Counted from the stretch's first letter, positions 38,263-49,395 are shown. The stretch is DNA of 64,000 nt from Bacteroidota bacterium (GCA_024278975.1 JAJRSD010000061.1:153320-217319), one strand, 5' to 3'. Program-made: numbers and translations. Notes: a model not told the origin generated them from the letters alone.

Positions 38263-39045
38263 ATGAAACAACCATTGGCATACGTTCATCCTGATGCAAA
38301 AATTGCTGACAATGTTGTAATCGAACCGTTTGTTTCGATTGACCATGATGTTGAAATTGGAGCAGGAACGAGAATTGGATCCAGTGCTACTATTTTACCA
38401 GGAACCAGAATTGGCAAAAACTGTATTATATTTCCGGGGGCGGTAATTGGTGCTGTTCCTCAAGATTTAAAATTTAGAGGAGAATACACAACTGTTGAAA
38501 TTGGAAATAACAATACTATTCGCGAATTTGTAACAATTAACAGAGGAACCGCTTCGAAAGGAAAAACCAGCTTGGGGAATAATAATTTGATTATGGCGTA
38601 TGTACACATTGCGCACGATTGCAAATTGGGCAATAATATTATTTTAGGTAACAGTACTCAGCTTGCCGGCGAAGTTGTTATCGACGACTGGGTGATTATT
38701 TCAGGCATGAGCGGAGTTCATCAGTTTTGCAGAATTGGCTCGCATGTAATGGTTGGCGGCGGAGCACGTGTCACAAAAGATATTCCACCCTATATTAAAG
38801 CCAGTCGAGAACCACTTTCTTATGTTGGAATTAATTCAATTGGTTTACGCCGTAGAAATATTACAAACGAAAAAATCAGGGAGATTCAGGATATTTACCG
38901 ATATATTTATCAAAAAGGATTGAATACATCGCAGGCAGTTGAAGTTATTGAAGCCGAAATGCCGGCAACCCCTGAAAGAGACGAAATACTTCTTTTTGTA
39001 AAAGATTCGAAACGGGGTATTGTTCGTGGTTATTTACCCGATTAA
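38263..39045 (+). CDS. lpxA: UDP-N-acetylglucosamine acyltransferase
   Basis: PQDLKF, IREFVTINRGT, HIAHDC, VHQFCRIG. Confidence 0.95.
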   Translation: MKQPLAYVHPDAKIADNVVIEPFVSIDHDVEIGAGTRIGSSATILPGTRIGKNCIIFPGAVIGAVPQDLKFRGEYTTVEIGNNNTIREFVTINRGTASKGKTSLGNNNLIMAYVHIAHDCKLGNNIILGNSTQLAGEVVIDDWVIISGMSGVHQFCRIGSHVMVGGGARVTKDIPPYIKASREPLSYVGINSIGLRRRNITNEKIREIQDIYRYIYQKGLNTSQAVEVIEAEMPATPERDEILLFVKDSKRGIVRGYLPD

Positions 39046-39098
39046 TAAGCCCCTCCTATCCCAAAAAAGGGAAGGGAAAAAATTAAATGTTTTTATTG

Positions 39099-39135
39099 AA
39101 AATGCCACTTTGAATAATCAGAGTGGCATTTTTTT
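39099..39135 (+). terminator. Terminator after lpxA
   Basis: AAAATGCCACT...AGTGGCATTTTTTT. Confidence 0.75.
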
Positions 39136-39187
39136 ACGTCGAATTCACGTATTAGTAATAAACTCAGACATCCTGAAATAGAGTAAA

Positions 39188-39963
39188 TTAGATTGTCGTA
39201 ATTTTGTATTTCAGCATTAAATCTGTGGTTGGAAAGATGGTTTGAGTATCATTAAGAATCTCGCAAATATTTTTTGCTGCCATTTCTTTAATTGTTATTT
39301 TATATGGATATTTTTTCCTTTTCGTAATATACTTGTCCTCTTGACTTTTCAGCTCTTGTAATTCATCTTTCAACTTGTTTTGTTTGTTAGGGGTTTTTTA
39401 TCCTGCACAGATATAAAAAGGCTAAGCTGAGTATTGTGGCATCTAAATCATAATACCCGTTAAGGTCGTCATAATGTTCGCGATAGCTAAGAAGACCTGT
39501 TTCGATAAGAGATGGCAATAAAAATAAAACACCACCATAGTAAACCCCCTCGGATGGAAGAAACTCCACAGGGGTTTTGTATAAAAGTCCTACAACTGCA
39601 AATATGCGATCATCAGTGCGGGTGGCTCCTATCCCTAAACTGTTGCCCGCTTTTAAATCCTCATTATTCCGATAACTTATACTTTGAAGGGTATAATCAG
39701 TTATTTTTTTTTAATGTCCCTTTCTTTAAGTGATAACGAATTGTGGCCTCGTTTACACCGATTTCTCTTGCGGTTCGCTTTTGCGAATAACTATTATCCA
39801 AAAACCCTTGTGCCTGTTTGATTCTTTCTTCTGTCATTTTATAACACTGACCTCTAGCGTCATTGGGTTTCCCCGCTGTTAGCGGGGCAGGCGGGTTTTG
39901 GATTCCTGGTTCGAAGTTTATCAATATAGTTACACTCTTGTTACGAATAGTTTCAAACAGCAA
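39188..39963 (-). mobile_element. Internally deleted IS/transposase remnant (HTH orfA plus putative transposase orfB)
   Basis: HTH SQKRTAREIGVNEATIRYHLKKG ends in an A9 run; the +1 frame reads ITDYTLQ...GGVLFLLPSLIETGLL...LAFLYLCRIKNP*; separate C-terminal piece AAKNICEILNDTQTIFPTTDLMLKYK. Confidence 0.65.
39865..39898. repeat. 22-bp palindromic insert flanked by a 6-bp direct repeat
   Basis: GGGTTT-[CCCCGCT GTT AGCGGGG CAGGC]-GGGTTT. Confidence 0.55.
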
Positions 39964-40032
39964 GAGTGTCTTTTTAATCTAACTAATCGTTTATCCCAAT
40001 AAATTATATATTTTCGGGAGTTCAAATTTACT

Positions 40033-43000
40033 ATGCAAAGTTGGTTTAAATATTGGCTGCTTCTCCCATTTTTGCTGAATTCAGTTCTGAATTTCGGACA
40101 AAACCCAAATATGTTAAAACAGTTTCTCACGGTTGAAGAGGGACTTTCGCACAACGAAGTTACTTCAATTGTTCAAGATAACGATGGGTTTATATGGATT
40201 GGAACACGCGGAGGATTAAACCGATACGATGGATACGATTTTAAAGTCTATAATCAAATACCGGGCGACTCAAACAGTTTAGTAAATCCATCGATAGAAA
40301 GTTTATTTGTTGATAGTAAGGGAAATATCTGGATTGGGACAAAGTCGGGTGGGGTAAGTAAATACAATCCTGTTACCGGGATCTTCAAAAATATGGTTTC
40401 AGATTACAATCATGTAAACAATATATTACCCGATAACCGTGTGCTTTCGTTTTTCGAAGATAAAAAAGGAAGAATCTGGATAGGAACATGGAGAAATGGA
40501 GTGATTATCTACGATGAAAAAAATAACACATCAGAAAAATATTTAGACGGAACCATAAATTCATTTACCGAATCTTCTGATGGTACAATTTGGGTTGGGA
40601 CTTCGCAGGCTCTGTTTGAGTTCAACGAAAAAACCAGTTCGTTTATTCAATACGAAACCGGTCATTGTCAGAAAATTGTATTCGACGATAAAAGAAATGT
40701 AATTTGGATTGCCGGAGGATTTAATTCCGGATTAATGAAGTTCGATTTAAGAAATCATAAAATAAAACAGTATTTCATTTATAATTCGATACCAAATTCT
40801 AAAAATATTTTTCACGCGTATGAATCACTTTCTATCGACGATAATAATAGATTGTGGGTAGGAACCTGGGGAACGGGGCTTTATTATTTCGATTTAATAA
40901 CTGAGGAGTTTAAGCGTTATCTTATTTATCCGCAAAATCGTCAAACACTAAATAAAGATTACGACACAGTATTAGATATTTTTCGCGACAAAGAGAATAA
41001 TATCTGGCTTGGTACTAATGGAGGAGGAGTTTGTGTCCTCACACCAAAATTAAAATTCAATTCAGTTGGTTACCATCCTGAATCCGGGAAGGGACTTTCG
41101 AATACGCGTTTAATGTCGGTACTTGAAGATACCTCCGGAAATCTTTGGTTAGGAACAATCGGAAGCGGACTGTTTTGGTCGCCCGACAGAGAAAATTTCT
41201 ATCAGGTTAAATATCCCATTAAAAATAAAAATCGCTTTTTTGTCATCAAATATCTTTACGAAGACAATGAAAGTAATATTTGGGCAGGAACAAATCGTGG
41301 AGTTTTTTTAGTTGAAATGATAAATGGTGTGCCGCAAATGGTTCGAGTTAGAAGGCATTCGGGAATACGAAATAATATTGGCTCAGCAATCTCTTTTTTA
41401 GCCGATGCAGATTTGTTCCTTATTGGTACGCTGCAGAGAGGACTTTTTATTTATGATAAAACTCAAAATTTTAATCTTGTTAAACAGTTGGCAATAAACA
41501 ATAAAAATTCGGGTGAATTAAAAAGTAATCGTATTAGTTATCTGCTAAAAGACTCGAAAGACCGCATTTGGATTGGAACATATAACGGACTGCACATACT
41601 GAATAAAAAGGATACAACGGTTAATCTTGTTGAACAGGTTTTTGAAACTACAGGTAACTTTACCGGAAATATTATTACCTGCATCGATGAAGACCAGAAA
41701 GGTAATATCTGGGTGGGAACGCCAAATGGGTTAAACATGCTAACCGAGCCTGAACCGGGGAAACTTAATATTAAATATTATACTGAAAATGCAGGTTTGG
41801 CAAGTAATTTTATCAAAGGTATCTCGCACGATTTAAATGGGAATATATGGTTAAGTACAAACTCCGGAATATCGAAATTAACAATTAATGATGAAATACG
41901 GGTTGTTAATTTTGCCGAAACAGATGGAGTACAAGGGAAAAACTTTACCGAAGCAGCAGTTTTTAAAAACAAGAAAGGCGAAATATTCTTTGGAGGGACA
42001 TTTGGACTAACCTATTTTTTACCCAGCGAAATTGTTGAACAAGAAATATCTCCGAAACCTGTTTTTACAGGATTAAGTATTTTAAACAGACCCATTAAAA
42101 TAGGGGAAAAATACGGTTCAAAAGTAATTCTGGAGAAAGCGATAAACAAAGTTGACCAAATAGAATTGTCGTATCGGCAAAATAATATTGAGATTCAGTT
42201 ATCGGCGCTTGATTTTGATTCGGGCAGAAAAAACCAATATAAATATAAATTGGAAAATTATGACGATAAATGGGTAAACATTGGCAACCGAAGATTTATT
42301 TTGCTTCATAATTTAAAACCCGGAGAATATATTTTAAAAGTAAAAAGCTCGAACCGTCATAATATTTGGAGTGATGAGGTTACAAAATTGGAGATTATTA
42401 TTAATCCTCCTTTTTGGCAAACGTGGTACGCTTTGGTTTTTTATATCCTTATTGTAATTGGTATTGTTTCGGTTATCAGGTGGAATGCAGTTAAGCAGGA
42501 AAGGTTGATGAATAGTTTGGAGTTGGAAAAACTTCAACATGAACAAGACCAAAAATTAGGCGAAATAAAATTACGGTTTTTTACCAATATTTCGCACGAA
42601 TTCCGCACTCCTCTTACTTTAATACTGGCTCCTTTAAAAGAACTTATTGCAAAAAGAGAAATCTATAATATTTCAGACAGAGCCGCCAATAAAATTAGTG
42701 TTGCTCAAAAAAACTCGCTTCGTTTACTGAAGTTAATAAATCAGCTACTCGATTTTAGAAAAGTAGAATCGGGTGAAATGAAATTAGTAATGTACAATAC
42801 TAATTTAAAAGATTTTGTTTCCGAAATATGTTATCCATTTTTTGAATTAGCAGAAATCAACAATATTAAATTTAAATTTAAATCGGCACTAAAAACAGAA
42901 AATATCTGGATCGACCGTGATAAACTGGAGATAGTGATAAACAATCTTATTTCGAATGCTTTTAAATTTGTTAAAGAAAATGGTAAGATTGAAGTTGCTA

Positions 43001-44112
43001 TTTACGAGGAAGAAGATGAAGTATTAATTAGTGTTTCCGATAATGGAATCGGAATTCCGGCAACCGAAATCAACCATATTTTCGACAGGTTTTACAGGGT
43101 GGGCAAATCTGAAAATGTTGGAAATACAGGTATTGGATTGGCTCTTGCAAAACGTTTTGCCGAGTTTCAAAAGGGAGCAATTTCGGTAATAAGTACTCCA
43201 AACGAGCATACCGAATTTGTGGTGTCGCTGTTAAAAGGAGAGAACCATTTTAAACCTGAAGAGAAGGCAGAACCAGATAAAATAAACGATGTATTTATCC
43301 GAAAGGAATCAAGTTTTAGAGAGATAATTTCCGGTAATAAAAATCTGAAAAACAGATCGGAAGAGTGTATTTTAATTGTTGAAGATAATCCGGAAGTGAA
43401 ACAGTATTTAATAGAATTATTAGAGTCGTTTTATTGTATCGAAATTGCTTCAAATGGTTTGGATGGTTATAAAAAAGCAGTTGAATTAACTCCCAAACTA
43501 ATTATTTCTGATGTTATGATGCCGGTTATGGATGGGTTTGAATTCTGCAAGAAGATTCGTTTAAACGAAAAAACATCAACAATCCCGTTTGTATTTTTAA
43601 CTGCAAAAAACGAGGAACAATTCAGATTACTGGGGATTCAGATTGGAGCCGACGATTTTATTTCAAAACCATTCGATCCCACATTACTCATCGAAAAAGT
43701 TAATAATATACTTTTAAGTCGTAAAAAGCTACATAAAAAATTGAGCAAAACAGTACGCCTCGAACCTTCGGATATTGAGATAACTGCCGGAGAAGAGATC
43801 TTCATTAAGACAATAATTACAACTATAGAAAATAACCTGCAAAATCATAAGTTCACTTCAGAAGTACTTGCTTCGGAATTAAATATGAGTAATTCGTCGT
43901 TATATCGAAAACTGAAAGGATTAACAAATTCATCAACAGCAGAGTTTATCCGCTCCATAAGAATTAAGCGTGCCGCACAGTTATTGTTCGATAAAGAAAA
44001 AACAATAACCGAAATTGCTTACGAAGTGGGGTTTAACGATGTCAAACATTTTCGTACCGTTTTTCAAAAACATTTTAGCTGCACACCTTCAGAATATCGA
44101 AAAAAGCTGTAA
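40033..44112 (+). CDS. Hybrid two-component system (HTCS) PUL regulator
   Basis: Reg_prop propellers, Y_Y_Y, TM, HisKA FFTNISHEFRTPL, HATPase, REC (SDVMMP), AraC HTH (IAYEVGF). Confidence 0.95.
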   Translation: MQSWFKYWLLLPFLLNSVLNFGQNPNMLKQFLTVEEGLSHNEVTSIVQDNDGFIWIGTRGGLNRYDGYDFKVYNQIPGDSNSLVNPSIESLFVDSKGNIWIGTKSGGVSKYNPVTGIFKNMVSDYNHVNNILPDNRVLSFFEDKKGRIWIGTWRNGVIIYDEKNNTSEKYLDGTINSFTESSDGTIWVGTSQALFEFNEKTSSFIQYETGHCQKIVFDDKRNVIWIAGGFNSGLMKFDLRNHKIKQYFIYNSIPNSKNIFHAYESLSIDDNNRLWVGTWGTGLYYFDLITEEFKRYLIYPQNRQTLNKDYDTVLDIFRDKENNIWLGTNGGGVCVLTPKLKFNSVGYHPESGKGLSNTRLMSVLEDTSGNLWLGTIGSGLFWSPDRENFYQVKYPIKNKNRFFVIKYLYEDNESNIWAGTNRGVFLVEMINGVPQMVRVRRHSGIRNNIGSAISFLADADLFLIGTLQRGLFIYDKTQNFNLVKQLAINNKNSGELKSNRISYLLKDSKDRIWIGTYNGLHILNKKDTTVNLVEQVFETTGNFTGNIITCIDEDQKGNIWVGTPNGLNMLTEPEPGKLNIKYYTENAGLASNFIKGISHDLNGNIWLSTNSGISKLTINDEIRVVNFAETDGVQGKNFTEAAVFKNKKGEIFFGGTFGLTYFLPSEIVEQEISPKPVFTGLSILNRPIKIGEKYGSKVILEKAINKVDQIELSYRQNNIEIQLSALDFDSGRKNQYKYKLENYDDKWVNIGNRRFILLHNLKPGEYILKVKSSNRHNIWSDEVTKLEIIINPPFWQTWYALVFYILIVIGIVSVIRWNAVKQERLMNSLELEKLQHEQDQKLGEIKLRFFTNISHEFRTPLTLILAPLKELIAKREIYNISDRAANKISVAQKNSLRLLKLINQLLDFRKVESGEMKLVMYNTNLKDFVSEICYPFFELAEINNIKFKFKSALKTENIWIDRDKLEIVINNLISNAFKFVKENGKIEVAIYEEEDEVLISVSDNGIGIPATEINHIFDRFYRVGKSENVGNTGIGLALAKRFAEFQKGAISVISTPNEHTEFVVSLLKGENHFKPEEKAEPDKINDVFIRKESSFREIISGNKNLKNRSEECILIVEDNPEVKQYLIELLESFYCIEIASNGLDGYKKAVELTPKLIISDVMMPVMDGFEFCKKIRLNEKTSTIPFVFLTAKNEEQFRLLGIQIGADDFISKPFDPTLLIEKVNNILLSRKKLHKKLSKTVRLEPSDIEITAGEEIFIKTIITTIENNLQNHKFTSEVLASELNMSNSSLYRKLKGLTNSSTAEFIRSIRIKRAAQLLFDKEKTITEIAYEVGFNDVKHFRTVFQKHFSCTPSEYRKKL

Positions 44113-44444
44113 CACCCTCTCTTAAAATATAGGTAACTCGCTATTGTTCTGTTGTATATAAGGCTCATTTGACTGATTTGCCCCCTCTTTCTGAAAGATT
44201 CAACAAAATAAATATGAATAAATTTTCACCCTTACTTTCAAAAGCTACAACCATTGTTTGGAATAATAATATTGAATTTTGAAGTGTGAACTAAACGATA
44301 TGACTGTAAACTATGAAAAATGGGAAATCCATATTTGAACGTATTTTCACCTTCCGAACAATCAACTTCTTTCTTTATATACTATTGGTGGCAATAATTG
44401 TATTTCTATTTATATATCTATAATTAATAACTAAGTAAATTTCT

Positions 44445-47400
44445 ATGAAAAGAACAAATCAAAATCTATTCAGAAAGCTGAGCTTATTGGTTGCGACCAT
44501 TTTTATGGTTACAGCGGTTTGGGCACAGCAAAGTATTACTGGTACCGTTACGGACGATGGCGGCGAGCCTCTTCCCGGAGTTGCCGTTGTAATACAAGGA
44601 ACTTCGACAGGCACGGTTACTAACATTGATGGGGCTTTTTCTATTGAAGCTCCAACCGATGCAACACTTTTATTTTCATTTGTTGGAATGAAGACCCTTA
44701 ATGAGTTGGTAAACAGCAGAACAACAATTGATGTAGTCATGAAAATTGACGCAATAGGACTTGAAGAAGTTATTGCAGTTGGTTATGGCGTTCAGAAAAA
44801 GAAGACCTTAACCGGAGCAGTCGGAAACATTACTTCCGAAAAATTAACCCAACGACCGGTAGCTAACTCTACCGAGTTGTTACAAGGACAAGTTGCAGGT
44901 TTAGTAACAAGGCAATCAAGTGGGTTGCCAGGAGCTGACGGAACAACAATTCGTATCCGTAATTTTGGAGGCAGTCCTCTTATACTCATCGATGGAATTC
45001 AGGGGAGTTTATCTCAAATTGATCCCAACGATATTGAATCTATTAGTGTTTTAAAAGATGCTTCTGCAGCAGTTTATGGTGCACGAGCCGGTAATGGAGT
45101 TATTCTTGTTACCACCAAACGCGGTAGTGTTAAACAGGCAAAAATTACTTACAACGGTTCAGTATCTTTTACTCAGCCTACATTTTTACCAAACAGAGTT
45201 GGAGCCAGAGAGTGGGCAGAACTACTTCACGAATCGGGGTTAAATCCTGATGACTACTCTCCAAACCATGTAAAATACGACCCGGAAACAAAAAAACTTA
45301 CCAATACAATGGATGGAACAGACTATCCGGGTTACGACTGGGAAGATGCATTGTACCGCGACTGGACTCCGCAACAACAACATAATATTAATGCAACAGG
45401 CGGAACAAAAAAGATTAAATATTTTATTTCGGCAGGATTTACCGATCAGGAAAGTAATTTTAAATCGGGTGATTATAGCTTTAATCGCTACAATATTCGC
45501 TCAAATATCGATGCACAGATTACAAATGACTTATCGGTTTCTGTCGATTTTTCGTACCGCAGTACGCAGCTCGATAAAGCCAACTTTAGTACCGGAGATA
45601 TGTACAATTCACTGCAAACATCAAAACCTGTTTATCCATTTATTCATGACGAGGATCCAACGAGAGCCACTTATTCAGGTTTCTTGCAAAGATCGCCTTA
45701 CTATCAAACTTTTAAAGACTATTCGGGTTTTGTAGATAATCGTAACAATAATATTCAAGGTGCTTTAGAGTTAAAATATGACTTTCCGATGGTTGAAGGA
45801 TTAACAGCAAAAGCACGATTAAATTACGAAGAGGGTTTTGTATGGAATAAAAGTGTTTCAAAACCATTCGATGTTTGGGAATATGATCCACTCGCGGCTG
45901 AGGCAGGTGAAGATCCGTGGATTGCACAGGGTACTCAAAATACAAACCACATGTCGGTTTCCTCTTCGCGCGGAACAGAACTTTTACCGCAAATTAGTTT
46001 AATTTATAAAAAGACTTTCGGCAATCATAATCTGAAAGGAATGGCTGTATATGAATCAAGAACATATAAAGGTACCAGTCTAATGGGTTCCAGGAAAGAT
46101 ATTTTATCTTATGAAGCTCCTTACCTTAGATATGCCTCTGAAGAGGGAAAAGATAATAGTGAAGGTACAAGTCAAAATGCTCGTTCCAGTGTTATTGGTC
46201 GTGTAAATTACGATTATAGCGGGAAATATCTTTTCGAGCTTGCCATGCGTGCTGATGCATCTGCCGAATATCCTCCCGAAGGTCGTTGGGGTTATTTCCC
46301 AAGCATTAGTGCCGGTTGGAGAATTTCGGAAGAGTCGTTTATTAAAGATAATTTTTCATCAATAAATAACTTGAAGTTAAGAGCCTCTTATGGTATTCTT
46401 GGTAACGATGCCATTTCATCTTTTGACTATTTGACCGGTTACAATATTACTACGAGTTATTATATTTTTGGATCGACACCTGCACCTGTTATTTCCTCTG
46501 CCGGATTGGCTAACCCTGATATTACATGGGAAACCATGAAGATTTCGAATATTGGTTTAGATGGAAATTTCTGGGATGGACTCTTAGGATTTGAAATAGA
46601 TGCTTTTTACCGTTTAAGGGAAAATATTCTGGCACAACCTACAACTCAGGTTCCTTCTACCTTTGGAGCAAGTTTGCCTCGAACAAATCTGAATAAAAGA
46701 GATAACAGAGGTTTTGAATTGACTTTAACTCATTTCAATAAAATAGGGAATGTAAACTATCATCTTTCACCAATGATATCGTGGGCAAGAGGCAAATATG
46801 TTCAACTCGAAGAAAATGTACTCGACATTACTGACGATATGGATGATGAGACAAAAGAATTTAACAGATTGTGGAATGCAAGATATGTAAGAGAAGGAGA
46901 GTGGGACGACCGCCAGTGGGGATACATTACCGATGGATTTTTTATGAATCAGGAGCAAATAGATAACCACCCTGTTAATCAGGATAAAAATGAAGCAAAT
47001 CCAAATCAAACCATAAAAGTTGGAGACCTTATTTATAAAGATATTAATGGAGATAACCTTATCGACTGGCGCGACCAGCAGGTAATTGGTGCTTCAGGAT
47101 TACCAAATGTAATGTTTAGTCTCGATATGGGAGCCGATTATAAAGGTTTTGCTATTAGCATGTTATGGCAGGGCGCATCGCAATATATGACAACTGTTGG
47201 AGGTTCGGCAGCAGCCCCATTCTCGAACGAGTCGGTACCAACCGCTGAACATTATAAGTATCGCGCAATTATTGGACAAGACGATGCAGGAATGGATTAT
47301 ATCACTAATCCCGATCAATTCGGATTACCTCCTGTAACTCAGGATGGAAGAACTGCGAACAATCGTTACGGATCAGACTTTTGGAGTTCTAGTGTAACAT

Positions 47401-47624
47401 ATTTACGCTTGAAAAATATAAATATCTCTTACACTTTACCAAAAACCTTAATGGATAAAGTTGGTGTTAGCCGATGCACTTTTTATGTAAGCGGAACAAA
47501 TATGCTAACATTAAGCAACCTTGGGATATGGAAACACTCATACGATCCTGAAATACCATCGATATCTAATAACAGGTATCCGCCGGTTAAGACTATGACA
47601 TTTGGTTTAAGACTTACATTATAA
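44445..47624 (+). CDS. susC: SusC-like TonB-dependent transporter
   Basis: VGYGVQKK, IDPNDIESISVLKDASAAVYGARAGNGVILVTTKRG, NPDITWE, C-terminal GLRLTL. Confidence 0.96.
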   Translation: MKRTNQNLFRKLSLLVATIFMVTAVWAQQSITGTVTDDGGEPLPGVAVVIQGTSTGTVTNIDGAFSIEAPTDATLLFSFVGMKTLNELVNSRTTIDVVMKIDAIGLEEVIAVGYGVQKKKTLTGAVGNITSEKLTQRPVANSTELLQGQVAGLVTRQSSGLPGADGTTIRIRNFGGSPLILIDGIQGSLSQIDPNDIESISVLKDASAAVYGARAGNGVILVTTKRGSVKQAKITYNGSVSFTQPTFLPNRVGAREWAELLHESGLNPDDYSPNHVKYDPETKKLTNTMDGTDYPGYDWEDALYRDWTPQQQHNINATGGTKKIKYFISAGFTDQESNFKSGDYSFNRYNIRSNIDAQITNDLSVSVDFSYRSTQLDKANFSTGDMYNSLQTSKPVYPFIHDEDPTRATYSGFLQRSPYYQTFKDYSGFVDNRNNNIQGALELKYDFPMVEGLTAKARLNYEEGFVWNKSVSKPFDVWEYDPLAAEAGEDPWIAQGTQNTNHMSVSSSRGTELLPQISLIYKKTFGNHNLKGMAVYESRTYKGTSLMGSRKDILSYEAPYLRYASEEGKDNSEGTSQNARSSVIGRVNYDYSGKYLFELAMRADASAEYPPEGRWGYFPSISAGWRISEESFIKDNFSSINNLKLRASYGILGNDAISSFDYLTGYNITTSYYIFGSTPAPVISSAGLANPDITWETMKISNIGLDGNFWDGLLGFEIDAFYRLRENILAQPTTQVPSTFGASLPRTNLNKRDNRGFELTLTHFNKIGNVNYHLSPMISWARGKYVQLEENVLDITDDMDDETKEFNRLWNARYVREGEWDDRQWGYITDGFFMNQEQIDNHPVNQDKNEANPNQTIKVGDLIYKDINGDNLIDWRDQQVIGASGLPNVMFSLDMGADYKGFAISMLWQGASQYMTTVGGSAAAPFSNESVPTAEHYKYRAIIGQDDAGMDYITNPDQFGLPPVTQDGRTANNRYGSDFWSSSVTYLRLKNINISYTLPKTLMDKVGVSRCTFYVSGTNMLTLSNLGIWKHSYDPEIPSISNNRYPPVKTMTFGLRLTL

Positions 47625-47643
47625 TCTAAAAACACGATAAATT

Positions 47644-49359
47644 ATGAAACGATTTATAATATATATTGGAATATTAATATTCCTCGCGGGTTGTGAAAAT
47701 ATCTTAGATATTAAACCCACCAACATGATCTCTGAAGATGATGTAAAGAATGATCCCGTACTGGTTGATGCTTTTTTAAATAAAATATACAACAGTACCC
47801 GTTTTCAATCAGGAAGTTCCTACTCTCCCGATCAAGCTTTACTCGGTGTTGTAGGAGGCGAAAGTAATGTTTTTGCTCCCTGGCAATCTCCTTTTAATGC
47901 TGCAATGAGAATAATCGACGAGAATGGTGCACATGGCCAGGTAGAATATTGGCCATATTCGAATATTCGTTCGGCAAACGAAATTATTGAAATACTGGCA
48001 GAAGCAACTTTCGACCCGGATATGATTGCACAAAAAACTGCTGAAGCCAGATTTTTAAGAGCTTTTATGTATTTCGAATTGGTAAAACGTTATGGAGGAG
48101 TTCCGTTAATTACAGTTCCTCAAAGTATAGATCAACCCATCGAGGAGTTATATGTTCCACGTAATACTGAAAAAGAGATTTATGATTTTGTGGCATCCGA
48201 AATGGATGAATTGGTAAATATCCTTCCCGAAAGTTATAGTGTTGATGAATTTGGTCGCCCTACAAAATGGGCTGCTTATGCACTAAAAAGCCGTGCCATG
48301 CTTTATGCCGGCAGTATTGCAAAATACGGATCTGTTCAGTTAGATGGGGTTATTGGAATTCCTGCAGGCGAAGCAAAATCGTATTATGACAAAGCTTACG
48401 ATGCTTCAATGCAGATAATTGATAATAGTCCGCATATACTGTATAACGAAAATGCTGATCCGGTAAAAAACTATGGAGAGATATTTACCAAAGATGGAAA
48501 TTCTGAAGTAATACTTGCTGAAGTTTATAATTTAGGACTGCTTAAAACACATTCGTGGAACTATGTTTGTATGCCCGATGGTTTTCGTACCGGTTGGGGA
48601 TCAAATAACTGGATGTATCTCGAATCGTGGGAAAAATATGAATACACCGATGGGACTTCAGGCATATTTGACCGTAATGATTTAAAAGGAAAAACTAAAT
48701 TCTCGTTAGACGAAATTGTTACTAACCGGGATCCTCGTTTTCTTGCAACGGCATTTTATCCCGAAATTCCCTGGCAAGATGCGAAAGTATATTTGCATAA
48801 CTCCACAAAAGGAACTATTCCCGAAGGTTCCGACTGGCCAAAAGTTGCACCTAAAAGAAACCGGATAAAGACAGGTATGATGATTCGTAAAAGAGTACCG
48901 GAATCGATTAAACTACCTATCAGTGGCGAAGATGAAACCGATTTTATTATTTTCAGAACCGGCGAAATGTATCTGAATGCTGCTGAAGCAAAATTTGAAA
49001 CCGGTGATACCGATGAGGCAAAACGATTAATAAATATAATTCGTAACAGAGCCGGCATGCCCGACAAAACAACTTTAACTCTTGATGATGTTAGGAACGA
49101 ACGTTTTGTTGAACTTTATATTGAAGAACATCACTACTGGGACATTCGTCGATGGAGAATAGCTGTAGATGAACTTAATGGCATGGGTTTCCACGGTGTT
49201 ACCTGGGATTATTATATTGATGAGGATAAATATACCATGAAAATTAAGGATGCTGATTTTAAACAAATCAGAACATTTGCCGAGAAAAATTATTACCTGC
49301 CAATGGGCTTGGGTCGTCTTGCTGACAACCCTAATCTGGTAGAAAATCCAGGATATTAG
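47644..49359 (+). CDS. susD: SusD/RagB lipoprotein
   Basis: Lipobox LAGC, RAFMYFELVKRYGGVP, FRTGEMYLNAAEA, ERFVEL..E...WDIRRW, ENPGY. Confidence 0.95.
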   Translation: MKRFIIYIGILIFLAGCENILDIKPTNMISEDDVKNDPVLVDAFLNKIYNSTRFQSGSSYSPDQALLGVVGGESNVFAPWQSPFNAAMRIIDENGAHGQVEYWPYSNIRSANEIIEILAEATFDPDMIAQKTAEARFLRAFMYFELVKRYGGVPLITVPQSIDQPIEELYVPRNTEKEIYDFVASEMDELVNILPESYSVDEFGRPTKWAAYALKSRAMLYAGSIAKYGSVQLDGVIGIPAGEAKSYYDKAYDASMQIIDNSPHILYNENADPVKNYGEIFTKDGNSEVILAEVYNLGLLKTHSWNYVCMPDGFRTGWGSNNWMYLESWEKYEYTDGTSGIFDRNDLKGKTKFSLDEIVTNRDPRFLATAFYPEIPWQDAKVYLHNSTKGTIPEGSDWPKVAPKRNRIKTGMMIRKRVPESIKLPISGEDETDFIIFRTGEMYLNAAEAKFETGDTDEAKRLINIIRNRAGMPDKTTLTLDDVRNERFVELYIEEHHYWDIRRWRIAVDELNGMGFHGVTWDYYIDEDKYTMKIKDADFKQIRTFAEKNYYLPMGLGRLADNPNLVENPGY

Positions 49360-49395
49360 ATTTTCCATAGATTTAGTTTAGTAGATAAATTTAAA

